Sequence record: KY608965.1
Reading direction: 5' to 3' (one strand)
Length of the DNA: 64,000 nt
Source of the DNA: Escherichia phage phiEC1
The translations under genes and the position numbers were made by a program. The notes beneath the pieces are model-generated. The model saw only the letters and a program-made list of their open reading frames with translations, did not search any database and was not told the DNA's origin. Below, one piece after another: positions 17,555 through 26,659 of this stretch. Position 1 is the first letter of the stretch. Every line of letters begins with the position of its first letter.

Positions 17555-18049
17555 TTAATTAAGGATATTAACCACAGCACTACGTGGAACCACACTAAAA
17601 TCACCGGCATGAACAACGTTCAGAAGTTCAACACCGTCTTCAATCCACTGATCAGTTACCCATCCATTTACTGGACCTGCGAACGGACGTCGAATTGAAA
17701 CATATTTACACAACAAATCAGTAGGCTCAATAGGCTTAATCAGAGTACCGTACATACAAGCGATATCCATATCAATACAGATATCTTTAACGGGTTCTAC
17801 TTCTTCAATCAACAGTTCAAAGTCGGTGCTTGGAAGGGCGGTAGTAGAAATTGTACCATATGAATTTTTAATTTCTAAGAATAACCAAGGGCCTTCAACT
17901 TGTTTGATGAAGTTAACAATAGTGAAACTATTACCTTGAGTGGCACCTAAAATTTCACAAAACTTTTCATAAGCTCGCACTGAAGCACCATACCAGTTGA
18001 TTTGGTTTTCATCTTTCAGGATGTAAGTAGCCGTAGTATTGATATTCAT
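17555..18049 (-). CDS. hypothetical protein, member 3 of the paralogue triplet (164 aa; MotB-position)
   Basis: Track start is TTG; ATG at 18049 (MNINTT...) with AGGAAA SD; C-terminal GWVTDQWIEDGVELLNVVHAGDFSVVP motif; sits where T4 has motB. Confidence 0.5.
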   Translation of the reverse strand: MNINTTATYILKDENQINWYGASVRAYEKFCEILGATQGNSFTIVNFIKQVEGPWLFLEIKNSYGTISTTALPSTDFELLIEEVEPVKDICIDMDIACMYGTLIKPIEPTDLLCKYVSIRRPFAGPVNGWVTDQWIEDGVELLNVVHAGDFSVVPRSAVVNILN

Positions 18050-18079
18050 AATGTTTTCCTGTTTGGTTAAGATAGAAAG

Positions 18080-18109
18080 ATTATACTCCAACCATCCTTG
18101 GTTGTAAAC
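18080..18109 (-). promoter_or_regulatory. early promoter (GTTTAC N18 TATAAT), repeat family 2
   Basis: Module gttaagatag...ttatactccaaccatccttggttgtaaac at 18066-18109. Confidence 0.5.
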
Positions 18110-18113
18110 TGGT

Positions 18114-18791
18114 TTATCGCTGTTTTACACTTAACGGGTCAGGATTCTCAGGGACATCTTCAAGGCCAAGCGCATAACGCTGAGCATATTTTAACATCAA
18201 AATATCTTTAGCACAATCATGAATACTATCATGGGCAACGAATCCTTTTAGCGTACCCATCGGTAATGGACACATACTTAATCCTCGTGTCAACGAGTAA
18301 GCTTCGATTGCCGTACGAATATCACGTTGAGCCCAGAATTTAACCGGTTCTAATTTATCAGTATCAATATCTGGTTCAAGAACACCTTCATCACGATAGA
18401 GGTCACGAATCAAATCGACCAATATCGGGAAGTCAAAGCTCATACCACGGCACCACATCTGTGATTTCCATTGGTCAACTTTATTAGCTCGACAATAATC
18501 TAAAAAGATTTTAATGCCTTCAAGCGTAGTGACATCGTCTTCAGACGGGGCCAAGTTTTTACGTGCTTCAGCCGATTGTTCTTTCCACCATTTCATAGTG
18601 GATTTAGCGAAAACTCGCTTCCCTTTCTGAGAAGCTAAATTAAATTTAATTCGCTTACCTCGTTGAACAAGTTCTTCAAATGATTCAACAACTTCAGGGT
18701 CGGAATTATATGCAATAACCGCAAGGTCAATAACAGCCGCTTTTGATGTATTGCCGAATGTTTCAAAATCTATAATAACATCAGTGCTCAT
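18114..18791 (-). CDS. dexA: exonuclease A (DnaQ-like 3'-5' exonuclease)
   Basis: 225 aa; IIDFETFG...AVIDLAVIA and C-terminal HDSIHDCAKDILM motifs match T4 DexA as recalled. Confidence 0.9.
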   Translation of the reverse strand: MSTDVIIDFETFGNTSKAAVIDLAVIAYNSDPEVVESFEELVQRGKRIKFNLASQKGKRVFAKSTMKWWKEQSAEARKNLAPSEDDVTTLEGIKIFLDYCRANKVDQWKSQMWCRGMSFDFPILVDLIRDLYRDEGVLEPDIDTDKLEPVKFWAQRDIRTAIEAYSLTRGLSMCPLPMGTLKGFVAHDSIHDCAKDILMLKYAQRYALGLEDVPENPDPLSVKQR

Positions 18792-18800
18792 AATTTTCTC

Positions 18801-20114
18801 TCAAATAAAATGGACGTCAAAACGACCACGAGTTGTGCCGACATATAATAACTGTTTAGCTAATTCTGAATCGGCATAATGGATACACGGTGTATAAACA
18901 AAGGCCGTGTCAACAGACATACCCTGGGCCTTATGGAAGGTTGATACTGGTAGTGCCTTCACCTTAGTGAACATACGTTTAGCATCCCAGAATTCGCTCC
19001 ATGGAGCTTTACCACCTTTATTCCAAAATTTGTATGTTTCTGCGGTCTTAGCCAAAAACAAATTGAATTTATAAAGCTCTTCTTCGGAAGAAATAACCTT
19101 TATATCTTCGCGGATGTATTCTTCATCATCCCCATATGTTTCTACTGTAAGATTCCAGTATCGTATCATATATTCGCCTGAAACACCGCGTGCTTTAACG
19201 AATGTAGACGTTTCTACAGCGTCTCGAATACGAACGAATTGCCCGTTATTGAAAAGCATTTCGGTCATATTTTTGCCATCTAGCTTATATGTCTTAGTAA
19301 GTGGCTCTTGTAGAACAATGACTTCGTCTTTAATAAATGGCTTTTCTGTTTCAAGAAGTTTTCGGCGAATAATTGAATTCAACTTATCTACTGACTTATT
19401 TGTGAATGCCATCATTCGATTTTCGAAAAGGTCTTCAGGAGTTTTAACGACATTAAAATAGTTCATCATATACGATTTAAGGTCTGTATATCCATGAACA
19501 CCATGCCCATCAACTACTTTATCATAAATCCATTTGCCATTACGAATATCAGTCGCAACATCAATAATTGGTGCATTGCTACGTTTAACTTCTGTAAGGT
19601 TGCATTGCACGAAGTCTTTGTGAGTGAAGAAAGGACTTAGATACGCAGTTGATTCGCCTGGGTCTACCGGTCGAATCTGACATCGGTCACCAATTCCAAT
19701 TACTGTGCACCATTTAGGGATACTAGCTAACATTATTTTAAACAGAGAACGGTCGCACATTGACGCTTCATCAAATAACAGTACACGGCACAAGGCTAAG
19801 TCGGGAACCTTTTTCTGTTCAAATAATACGTTTTCTTCGTATGTAGTTGGGTTGATTTTAAGAATGCTATGAATAGTCGATGCTTCTTGACCTGCAAGTT
19901 TGCTTAGAACCTTTTTAGCAGCATGTGTAGGGGCTGCTAAAATAATACCTGATTCTCCAGAAGAAATAAGGGCTTCAACGATGAATCTAGTAAGGGTTGT
20001 TTTACCTGTACCAGCAGGCCCGTTAATAGTTACGTGATGTTTCTTTTCTTTAATAGCTTTCATAACAACGTTGAAGGCGTTTTTCTGGCCTTCGGTCAAA
20101 TCATCAAATGTCAT
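18801..20114 (-). CDS. dda: Dda DNA helicase (SF1)
   Basis: 437 aa; MTFDDLTEGQKNAFNVVMKAIKEKKHHVTINGPAGTGKTT Walker A; closely matches T4 Dda as recalled. Confidence 0.95.
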   Translation of the reverse strand: MTFDDLTEGQKNAFNVVMKAIKEKKHHVTINGPAGTGKTTLTRFIVEALISSGESGIILAAPTHAAKKVLSKLAGQEASTIHSILKINPTTYEENVLFEQKKVPDLALCRVLLFDEASMCDRSLFKIMLASIPKWCTVIGIGDRCQIRPVDPGESTAYLSPFFTHKDFVQCNLTEVKRSNAPIIDVATDIRNGKWIYDKVVDGHGVHGYTDLKSYMMNYFNVVKTPEDLFENRMMAFTNKSVDKLNSIIRRKLLETEKPFIKDEVIVLQEPLTKTYKLDGKNMTEMLFNNGQFVRIRDAVETSTFVKARGVSGEYMIRYWNLTVETYGDDEEYIREDIKVISSEEELYKFNLFLAKTAETYKFWNKGGKAPWSEFWDAKRMFTKVKALPVSTFHKAQGMSVDTAFVYTPCIHYADSELAKQLLYVGTTRGRFDVHFI

Positions 20115-20422
20115 CGTAAAGTCCCTGCAATTGGAATACTAACAATACGGCCAGTATCTAGAATTCGTTGATACAATCTTTGCGTCTCTGCATCCAGTTT
20201 AACGTGTTTCATTTCAAGCTTATTAAACCAGAACTTACGCGGAGTTTCGACCATTCTTAGAACTCCCATTTTTAAATCTGTTTTATACTGTGTTTTCAAA
20301 GTATCGAAAACTTTATCTGCAATATCCTTTCTAAAAAATACTGCAGGACGATGCTCATCAAGTGGAACCGGGACAGTAAATCCTTCCATATCTCGATAAA
20401 CTATTGCATATACATAAACCAT
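20111..20422 (-). CDS. hypothetical protein (103 aa; dda.1 position)
   Basis: ATG start; ATGA coupling to dda. Confidence 0.55.
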   Translation of the reverse strand: MVYVYAIVYRDMEGFTVPVPLDEHRPAVFFRKDIADKVFDTLKTQYKTDLKMGVLRMVETPRKFWFNKLEMKHVKLDAETQRLYQRILDTGRIVSIPIAGTLR

Positions 20423-20424
20423 AA

Positions 20425-21171
20425 TTAACCTTTAATAAGTTGGAATAATGATGCGCTAAGTGGTAAGCCACGTTTCAATTTTAATTTACCAATGAAACCA
20501 ATCTTTTCAAAACGTCGCAGACCTTGGATAACTTTATCATATGTATCGAAAAGCGATTCAGCATCAGTTAATTTAGTTTTAGTTTTCCAGTCAGAGCCTT
20601 TAAGAAGAACGTTGAGTTTAGTAAGTTCATGGCCTTCTGCTTGATGTGAGCCATTAATGCGTGCTTTCAAAGCAACAATTCTAAGTTTAGATTCGTTAGA
20701 TAAAGGTTGATTTTTCATCATGTTCGCCATATGCTTAACACGATTTTCACGTTTTGCTCGGATTTTTAAAATAGTACCATAAACCTTTTTAATTTGGGCC
20801 CATTTCTTCTCGTCGAGATTAAGTTTCTCTACTTTACGGACAGAAGGATTAGCGATACGTCTTGCAATGGCATCGCGTTTCCCAATAAGTTCTTCTAATG
20901 TTAAATCAGAACGAGCAGTGTTATATTTTTTCTTAACCGGGATAACATTACCTTTAATGTAGCCTATATCATTATTAAAACGTTCTAAGGATAATTTCTC
21001 ACCTTCAACAGAGTTATTGAAAGATTCACCTGAGTAAGCGCAGACCTTTTGATCAAGAATGTTTTTAAGGTAATTAAAGTCTAAGTTAAAATCCTTAGAG
21101 CGTCTCTTCGCAGAAGCTCTGGTGTGGTCAAGACGACGATTGATTTTGTTAATTTTATTATTTGATAACAT
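20425..21171 (-). CDS. srd: basic protein, probable Srd homologue
   Basis: 248 aa, highly basic; between dda.1 and modA as T4 srd is; assignment by position and size only. Confidence 0.45.
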   Translation of the reverse strand: MLSNNKINKINRRLDHTRASAKRRSKDFNLDFNYLKNILDQKVCAYSGESFNNSVEGEKLSLERFNNDIGYIKGNVIPVKKKYNTARSDLTLEELIGKRDAIARRIANPSVRKVEKLNLDEKKWAQIKKVYGTILKIRAKRENRVKHMANMMKNQPLSNESKLRIVALKARINGSHQAEGHELTKLNVLLKGSDWKTKTKLTDAESLFDTYDKVIQGLRRFEKIGFIGKLKLKRGLPLSASLFQLIKG

Positions 21172-21221
21172 AATATTTTCCTCTGTCTTACGGACGTTAA
21201 GGTCATTTAGCTGATAGGTCT

Positions 21222-21250
21222 ATAATATCATGCCCTCAGGTAGTGTACAC
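21222..21250 (-). promoter_or_regulatory. early promoter (GTGTAC N17 TATTAT) for srd
   Basis: taggtctataatatcat module copy. Confidence 0.5.
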
Positions 21251-21324
21251 TCTTTTTTCATAAAATGCTTTAATTTTTTATGTGTTATAATGGTTCTGAG
21301 TTCCATCCGGTTATTCCAATTCAG

Positions 21325-21933
21325 TCAGTAACTGACAATAGACAGATTCCAGATTGTATAACGTCCATCTTGAATAATAGAATCTACACGTAGTGTAGTC
21401 CCTATAGGGAGCATAAATTCGCATTCGTCAGATATAAGTCTAGCATTAGACCGTCTTGTCGCTTCAGGGAAAGCTCCATTGAACTCACAAGATGGCGCAG
21501 CCAGAATCATGTTAAGCATATGTTCACGGAAGTTGAAAGCAAATGGTGCATCTTTGATGCAGAACATATTAAATGTTCCGTAAAAATTATACGAAGCAAA
21601 GTTACGTGCTACACCGAACACTGGACTAAAGCTCATTACTCTGTCAAATTTAATAATACTACCAATGCTTTTATCATCGAGTGTGGCCATAGTTTTCTTA
21701 GAGATTCCACGATACATTGTCTCAGGAACTGAAGACGTCCAATTTCTACGAACGATTGAACTTAACTCCTGTTGAATACAGTCTGGCTTGTTTTCCATAC
21801 ACTGCCAAAGGATGCTTTGTTCATTATCGTTGAATTGACTATCAATTTCGTACTGCAATTCATCTTGATATTCGGGGCATTGAGCACGGCGAACCATTTC
21901 CTCAATTTCACATTCATTATACGGCATAAACAT
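21325..21933 (-). CDS. modA: ADP-ribosyltransferase ModA-like
   Basis: 202 aa with Arg (MYRGIS), Ser-x-Ser (MSFSP) and Glu-x-Glu (DECEFM) ADP-ribosyltransferase motifs; map position of modA. Confidence 0.6.
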   Translation of the reverse strand: MFMPYNECEIEEMVRRAQCPEYQDELQYEIDSQFNDNEQSILWQCMENKPDCIQQELSSIVRRNWTSSVPETMYRGISKKTMATLDDKSIGSIIKFDRVMSFSPVFGVARNFASYNFYGTFNMFCIKDAPFAFNFREHMLNMILAAPSCEFNGAFPEATRRSNARLISDECEFMLPIGTTLRVDSIIQDGRYTIWNLSIVSY

Positions 21934-21990
21934 TTAGGTTTCTCCTGTGGTTGATAAAGGTATAGTATCATCGTCGGTAGAGTTTGTACA

Positions 21991-22572
21991 CTAAAAATTC
22001 AACATTTTTAAATGAATGATTTTGTATAGTCGAGATAAAGGGTCATATTCTAAGTCTTCAATTTCCACAATCTCAAATCTAGAGATACCTGAGACCATGT
22101 ACTCTTGTTCAGATTCAATCATATCTAGGACATCAACACGCGTTTCTTCCATAACATGCTTAGGATTCTTTCCGGCAAGTACAATGTTAACCATGTTTTG
22201 GTAGTAATCAAAAATGAATGGAGCATTCCTGAGACTAAGAATAGTGTACGTCTGATATTCCCATCTCCCAGAGAATTGACGAGCTGTACCGAAATCAGTT
22301 GTGAACGATGTTACTCGTCCGGGAGACCAATGACATCCAACAGAAAGAAGGGAAAGACGTTCTACTTCTTCTGGAGTTACACCACGGTAGAGTTCTACTG
22401 GTACTGTAGAAGTCATATGCTTACGAACAAGACGGTCTAATTCATAGTGGAAATCCGGGTCTTCCTTAGAATCGGTGCAAGCCCAGAGAATGTTTTGTTC
22501 TTGGCGGGTGAATTTGCTATCAATAAGATTTGTTAGGTATTCGCGTTCTTGAAGTTCAGATTGACATGTCAT
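21991..22572 (-). CDS. modB: ADP-ribosyltransferase ModB-like
   Basis: 193 aa with YRGV, TSFTT and EQEYMV motifs; paralogue of the preceding gene. Confidence 0.6.
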   Translation of the reverse strand: MTCQSELQEREYLTNLIDSKFTRQEQNILWACTDSKEDPDFHYELDRLVRKHMTSTVPVELYRGVTPEEVERLSLLSVGCHWSPGRVTSFTTDFGTARQFSGRWEYQTYTILSLRNAPFIFDYYQNMVNIVLAGKNPKHVMEETRVDVLDMIESEQEYMVSGISRFEIVEIEDLEYDPLSRLYKIIHLKMLNF

Positions 22573-22599
22573 GATAGACCTCCATTTAAAGATAAGCCT

Positions 22600-22628
22600 A
22601 TCATAACACGAGAGGAGGGAATGTAAAC
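22600..22628 (-). promoter_or_regulatory. early promoter (GTTTAC N17 TATGAT) for modB
   Basis: Spacer carries CCCTCCTC, complementary to the downstream GGAGG SD. Confidence 0.5.
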
Positions 22629-22780
22629 TACTTTTTAAGCTTTCCTACTAAAGGACCATCTGGGCCAGGTTGTTCTAACATGAATAAGGACGCTTTAAAA
22701 AGCAATGTCAACCCTTTCACCATTCGATACCATGTCTCAAAGTCTTTTTCCTTGATTTCTAGTAAGAATTTCTCTTTCAT
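22628..22780 (-). CDS. hypothetical small protein (50 aa)
   Basis: ATG overlapping upstream stop (ATGA); below track cutoff. Confidence 0.3.
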   Translation of the reverse strand: MKEKFLLEIKEKDFETWYRMVKGLTLLFKASLFMLEQPGPDGPLVGKLKK

Positions 22781-22956
22781 TTCCAAGGACTCCATGGTGG
22801 AGGGTCGTCATAATAAGAGGCAAGGTCTTTCAGGGCTTCGACAGGTAAACTAAAGCCGTGTCGTTGTATAATACTATCTAGTTCATCAACAAGTTCACTA
22901 CGATGCACTTTAGGAGCCTCAACTTCAGGCTCGTCAAACATACTCATAAGGTCCAT
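22777..22956 (-). CDS. hypothetical acidic protein (59 aa)
   Basis: Track start is GTG; first ATG (MDLMSMF...) has AGGTGA SD. Confidence 0.4.
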   Translation of the reverse strand: MDLMSMFDEPEVEAPKVHRSELVDELDSIIQRHGFSLPVEALKDLASYYDDPPPWSPWK

Positions 22957-22957
22957 A

Positions 22958-23422
22958 TTATTCACCTAAATAAAAACTAGGCTGCTCGGAGAATGTTTCT
23001 AGCGCTACACCTTTTGTCTTAAAAAATTTCCAAATAGCTCGTTGCAAATGGACTAAATCTGCTAATGATGTAATAAAGTATTTTTTGGCAAAATACTTAT
23101 GGTCCCGCTTTTCAAACAGGTCTAAACGCTTTTCAGGATTCACATAAACAGCATTTTCTGTAGATTCGTACCCTAAATCCTTTATGCCTTCTTCAAGACT
23201 AAACGGAGAATTTTTAGAACGAGTAATAGCTCCAACTCGCTCTACACGAATTTTGTAACCTTTAGGAATCTGCAATTTGCAGAATTCTTCTACGATATAT
23301 TGCGGATTATTTAGACTTTTGTTAATGAGAATAGCTATTTCTAGTGGAGTCTTATCTTCTACTGGTATATGTTTAAACGACTTGGCTTCAAGCAAATACA
23401 TTTTAAATAACATAGCATCCAT
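22958..23422 (-). CDS. hypothetical protein (154 aa)
   Basis: ATG start. Confidence 0.5.
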   Translation of the reverse strand: MDAMLFKMYLLEAKSFKHIPVEDKTPLEIAILINKSLNNPQYIVEEFCKLQIPKGYKIRVERVGAITRSKNSPFSLEEGIKDLGYESTENAVYVNPEKRLDLFEKRDHKYFAKKYFITSLADLVHLQRAIWKFFKTKGVALETFSEQPSFYLGE

Positions 23423-23601
23423 TATAATTTCCTCGATGGTTCACCCATATAAAGTTTTACAATACGTTCGCCTTCATCTTCGACGAGCTTTTCTTCATGT
23501 TTCTGGAATTCTTTAGCCATATTCTCTTCAAGAACATCCAGCCAATCTTCTGGACCGACACCATCGTCCCAGCTTTTAAACCATTTAACTATCTTGTTCA
23601 T
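23422..23601 (-). CDS. hypothetical protein (59 aa)
   Basis: Track start is TTG; ATG at 23601 with AGGGAG SD; ATGA coupling. Confidence 0.4.
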   Translation of the reverse strand: MNKIVKWFKSWDDGVGPEDWLDVLEENMAKEFQKHEEKLVEDEGERIVKLYMGEPSRKL

Positions 23602-23801
23602 TCGCAGCTCCCTGAGCTTGAACCACAATCAGAATAACTTGACCCAGAATCACCTGACCCAGAATCACCAGGCCAAGACGATACGTATGAATGATTATAA
23701 CTTGAAGAGTTTGAAGCAGACTTAGGACGAATAACTTCTTCCATCATGCCGTCGCCAATGTATTCCCAACTTTTTTCGTGTGTATCAGGAATAGGCATCA
23801 T
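23598..23801 (-). CDS. hypothetical protein with Ser/Gly-rich C-terminus (67 aa)
   Basis: Start set to the tandem ATG at 23801 after the upstream stop; C-terminus DSGSGDSGSSYSDCGSSSGSCE. Confidence 0.35.
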   Translation of the reverse strand: MMPIPDTHEKSWEYIGDGMMEEVIRPKSASNSSSYNHSYVSSWPGDSGSGDSGSSYSDCGSSSGSCE

Positions 23802-23814
23802 ACCTTCGCCTGGT

Positions 23815-24042
23815 TTAACAGCAAATAACTTCTTCAGTATCGTAAGCATTAATTGTTCCTCGAACAAAACGAACACCACCATCATCCCAACGGATTTCGG
23901 CATTAAATTTGACGTCTTCACCATCCATCATGAATGAGTGTACGACTACATCATCGTAATATCCAAGACCGTATTTCAACGAAACTTCTTGAGCAATCAA
24001 AGCACCTAATGTGTTATTAGGTTTAATCCAACGATTTAACAT
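23815..24042 (-). CDS. hypothetical protein (75 aa)
   Basis: ATG with AGAGGAG SD. Confidence 0.5.
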   Translation of the reverse strand: MLNRWIKPNNTLGALIAQEVSLKYGLGYYDDVVVHSFMMDGEDVKFNAEIRWDDGGVRFVRGTINAYDTEEVICC

Positions 24043-24070
24043 ATTGTTCTCCTCTTGAGTAAGTAAGAAT

Positions 24071-24100
24071 ATCTTAACACAGTTTTTAGTGGATGTAAAC
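24071..24100 (-). promoter_or_regulatory. promoter-like module (GTTTAC N18 TAAGAT)
   Basis: Shares atcttaacaca...ggatgtaaac with the module at 53458-53487. Confidence 0.35.
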
Positions 24101-24104
24101 TCTA

Positions 24105-24136
24105 GAAACGAAAAAAGGAATCCCGAAGGATTCCTT
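24105..24136 (-). terminator. intrinsic terminator downstream of soc
   Basis: AAGGAAUCC-UUCG-GGAUUCCUU hairpin followed by UUUUUUCGUUU on the minus strand. Confidence 0.65.
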
Positions 24137-24143
24137 AAATTAT

Positions 24144-24380
24144 TTAACCACTTACTGGTGTAGGGGTAAACATTGCAGCGTTCTTAGTTTTCCAAGTTGC
24201 TGCATCAGAAACGACATCAGAATAAGCTGCCTTTTCTGATGGAAAGATTTGGTAATGAGAATCTGCAATCCGATGTTCGTTTGAATAAATCTCAAACGGA
24301 ACAGAAACTTCCATACCTTTAACTTCTTTGCCTTCACCAGCAGGATGCGTAAAGGTTTTGATGTTTACATAACCACCCAT
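24144..24380 (-). CDS. soc: small outer capsid protein Soc
   Basis: 78 aa; GYVNIKTF...HYQIFPSEKAAYS matches T4 Soc as recalled; AAGGAG SD. Confidence 0.75.
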   Translation of the reverse strand: MGGYVNIKTFTHPAGEGKEVKGMEVSVPFEIYSNEHRIADSHYQIFPSEKAAYSDVVSDAATWKTKNAAMFTPTPVSG

Positions 24381-24382
24381 AA

Positions 24383-24604
24383 TTAACTCCTTTGTTGTTT
24401 AATTACAGGTTTATTTATAATGAATTCCTGTGGAACAGTAAAATATCCGAATTTAGCTAATACAACAACATCATTAATGATTACTGGAGAATAATCATCT
24501 GAGTTATTAAATTTCCAATGAAGCCTGTCATCATATCCATCAGAACCAAATGCTCGAGTAGCCGGTCTCCCGGCTTTTTGCCATGCGTAGAAATCAAATT
24601 TCAC
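24383..24604 (-). CDS. questionable ORF (73 aa, GTG start only)
   Basis: No ATG in frame and no clear SD; contains the soc late promoter. Confidence 0.25.
   Translation of the reverse strand: MKFDFYAWQKAGRPATRAFGSDGYDDRLHWKFNNSDDYSPVIINDVVVLAKFGYFTVPQEFIINKPVIKQQRS
24412..24419 (-). promoter_or_regulatory. late promoter box TATAAATA for soc
   Basis: Plus-strand tatttata gives minus-strand TATAAATA about 30 nt upstream of the soc ATG. Confidence 0.55.
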
Positions 24605-24626
24605 TTTGAATGCTCTATAATTAATT

Positions 24627-24794
24627 TTAAAGCTTCTTCACTGACAAAATTTCGTCAGGACCTTCTATAACTTCAACCATACGAAGTTGATTAGTTAAGA
24701 GCTCACACACGAGCTCTTTGTTATAATCTTTAAATAGCTGGTCAATACGTTTCTTATGGGCTTTCTTGAGCTGGCGTTTATTTAAACGAGCCAT
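24627..24794 (-). CDS. hypothetical basic protein (55 aa)
   Basis: ATG overlapping the gene 56 stop as TAATG; below track cutoff. Confidence 0.35.
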   Translation of the reverse strand: MARLNKRQLKKAHKKRIDQLFKDYNKELVCELLTNQLRMVEVIEGPDEILSVKKL

Positions 24795-25315
24795 TAATAA
24801 CCTCGGTCTTGACGTGCGAAATTTTCAGCATTTTTCAAGTAGTAAAGTTTAAAGATTTCTTCTGCTGTAAGACCAAGACCTTGGAACATGTTCAGAACGA
24901 AATGGAGAATATCAATCATCTCAAATTTAATTTCAAGCTGGTCTTCAGGAGACAGTTCATCGATACGACGATTTCGATATTCAACATGTTGTGCTTTCCA
25001 TGGCTTCCATACAGAGCTAGCGGCTTTTTCACCATTGCTCATACCACCAAGTGAAGTCAGCAGTTCACGGAATTCATCATCAATATAATCTTTCTGATTA
25101 CGCAGCCAATCAACAACATCACCAGCAGTAGCCAATTCATCAGGATGTTTGTTATGTTCAGGCTTGTCATTTGCCAGACGAACCTGTAAAGATTTCTGCA
25201 TATCAAGCATTACCTGCAGTGGGTCTTTATCTTCGTGAATCAGAGCATTAAAATAAGCTTCTTCTGCTTTATCAACACCAGAAATAAGTTGTGAACATTC
25301 GTTAAAGTGTGCCAT
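24794..25315 (-). CDS. 56: dCTP pyrophosphatase (dCTPase/dUTPase)
   Basis: Track start is TTG; ATG at 25315 gives MAHFNECSQLISGVDKA..., matching the T4 gp56 N-terminus as recalled; AAGGAAA SD. Confidence 0.9.
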   Translation of the reverse strand: MAHFNECSQLISGVDKAEEAYFNALIHEDKDPLQVMLDMQKSLQVRLANDKPEHNKHPDELATAGDVVDWLRNQKDYIDDEFRELLTSLGGMSNGEKAASSVWKPWKAQHVEYRNRRIDELSPEDQLEIKFEMIDILHFVLNMFQGLGLTAEEIFKLYYLKNAENFARQDRGY

Positions 25316-25403
25316 TATTTTTCCTTTCAATTCAGTATAAGAAAGTTAATTCTACCATTAATTTTATAAAGCGTAATAAATAATAGGTAACTAAGGAGAT
25401 ATT

Positions 25404-25601
25404 ATGTTTAAACTTCCATCGTTAATCAACGCTATTAAAGGCAATAAAAAGAAAACTGCTATCGCTGCAATAGTTGTAGGTGGCATTATTTCATGGAACT
25501 TCGGGATTGCACCATTGTTAGTTGCCCATGGTGTTATGGTTCCTTCTGTTCCATTGGATACTGTAGTTGATTTGGCCTTTGCTATTATAGGGCTTGTTTA
25601 A
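25404..25601 (+). CDS. small membrane protein (65 aa), opposite strand to neighbours
   Basis: ATG preceded by TAAGGAG SD; two hydrophobic segments; fills the 56-61 intergenic gap where T4 encodes dam. Confidence 0.5.
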   Translation: MFKLPSLINAIKGNKKKTAIAAIVVGGIISWNFGIAPLLVAHGVMVPSVPLDTVVDLAFAIIGLV

Positions 25602-26620
25602 ATCTTCGAATAACGAGATAATCTCATTTTAGCATGCAACCCACTTGAAATATTCTGTTTCATATATTCTAAAATTTCTTGTGGTGTTGCATTTTCTTTC
25701 ATTACAATATCATTCACATCCTTTGATCTCCATGGAGCTCGGTCCCAGAACATGACACGTTCGCCTGCATCAACTAATCGCTTCATGCGAGCTATAGTAT
25801 CCGGATGCCTAGGTTCATTATCCATTACCCATACCCGACGTTCTTTAAATGGTACCACATCTAAATCTATCGAGCCGCCTGTAATAGCGATTGCATTGGG
25901 TATGAATAAACTATCAATAGGGCCTTCCATTACCCAGACGTCTCCTTCCTTAACACGTTCAACACCATAAATTTTTGTTGCAGACTCAAACGCTTTAATA
26001 GTGATATATTTCTGAGGAGCATCTTTACGAAGTGCACGTCCTTGGAATGACTCGGCCTTCCCATCTTTATTAAAAATAGGAATCACTAAACGCGGTTCAG
26101 GAATCTCTTTCTTATACGTACCAGGTTGAATCTTGTTGACCAATTTGGGCCATTCTAATGTGAACCATAATCTGTTCCACGATTCTTTAGGAATACACCG
26201 AGACTTAACATATTTCACAATAGGATGCTCTTCAGGCAGCTTGTCCAGACGAGAACAAGACGGCAAAGAATTTATAGTCTTTTTCTCCGGTTCTGGTTTA
26301 TGTTCAGGAACCTTTTCAATCTTTGGTTCCATTCTAGCTTTTTCTTTACGAACTTCCATTAGATATTCACGGTAAAGCTCTTCGTCATACTCTTTTAAGT
26401 ATCCAGAAATTGTATTATGATATTGACAGTTATAGCAATGCACATTACCTGGAGTACCGCCATAATACCATCCGCGAGCTTTCATTGCATCCGTCTGAGA
26501 GTCGCCACAAACTGGGCATCGAAATGTTAATTTAAATGTGCTTGAATTATTGATTTGTCTAAAACGAGGTAGGTGAGAAAACGCACGATAAGCAAATTCA
26601 TTATCTATCCATTCAGCCAT
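25598..26620 (-). CDS. 61: DNA primase
   Basis: 340 aa; N-terminal zinc ribbon CPVCGDS...CYNC and Toprim region match T4 gp61 as recalled. Confidence 0.95.
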   Translation of the reverse strand: MAEWIDNEFAYRAFSHLPRFRQINNSSTFKLTFRCPVCGDSQTDAMKARGWYYGGTPGNVHCYNCQYHNTISGYLKEYDEELYREYLMEVRKEKARMEPKIEKVPEHKPEPEKKTINSLPSCSRLDKLPEEHPIVKYVKSRCIPKESWNRLWFTLEWPKLVNKIQPGTYKKEIPEPRLVIPIFNKDGKAESFQGRALRKDAPQKYITIKAFESATKIYGVERVKEGDVWVMEGPIDSLFIPNAIAITGGSIDLDVVPFKERRVWVMDNEPRHPDTIARMKRLVDAGERVMFWDRAPWRSKDVNDIVMKENATPQEILEYMKQNISSGLHAKMRLSRYSKI

Positions 26621-26659
26621 AGTATTCTCCAGAGGCCTTAAATTAATAAGGCCATCATA

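Noticed and set aside
25316-25403. Late or sigma70 promoter upstream of the plus-strand membrane gene
   Set aside because: Only approximate matches (TTTATAAA, AATAAATA) and no exact TATAAATA or a spaced -35/-10 pair.
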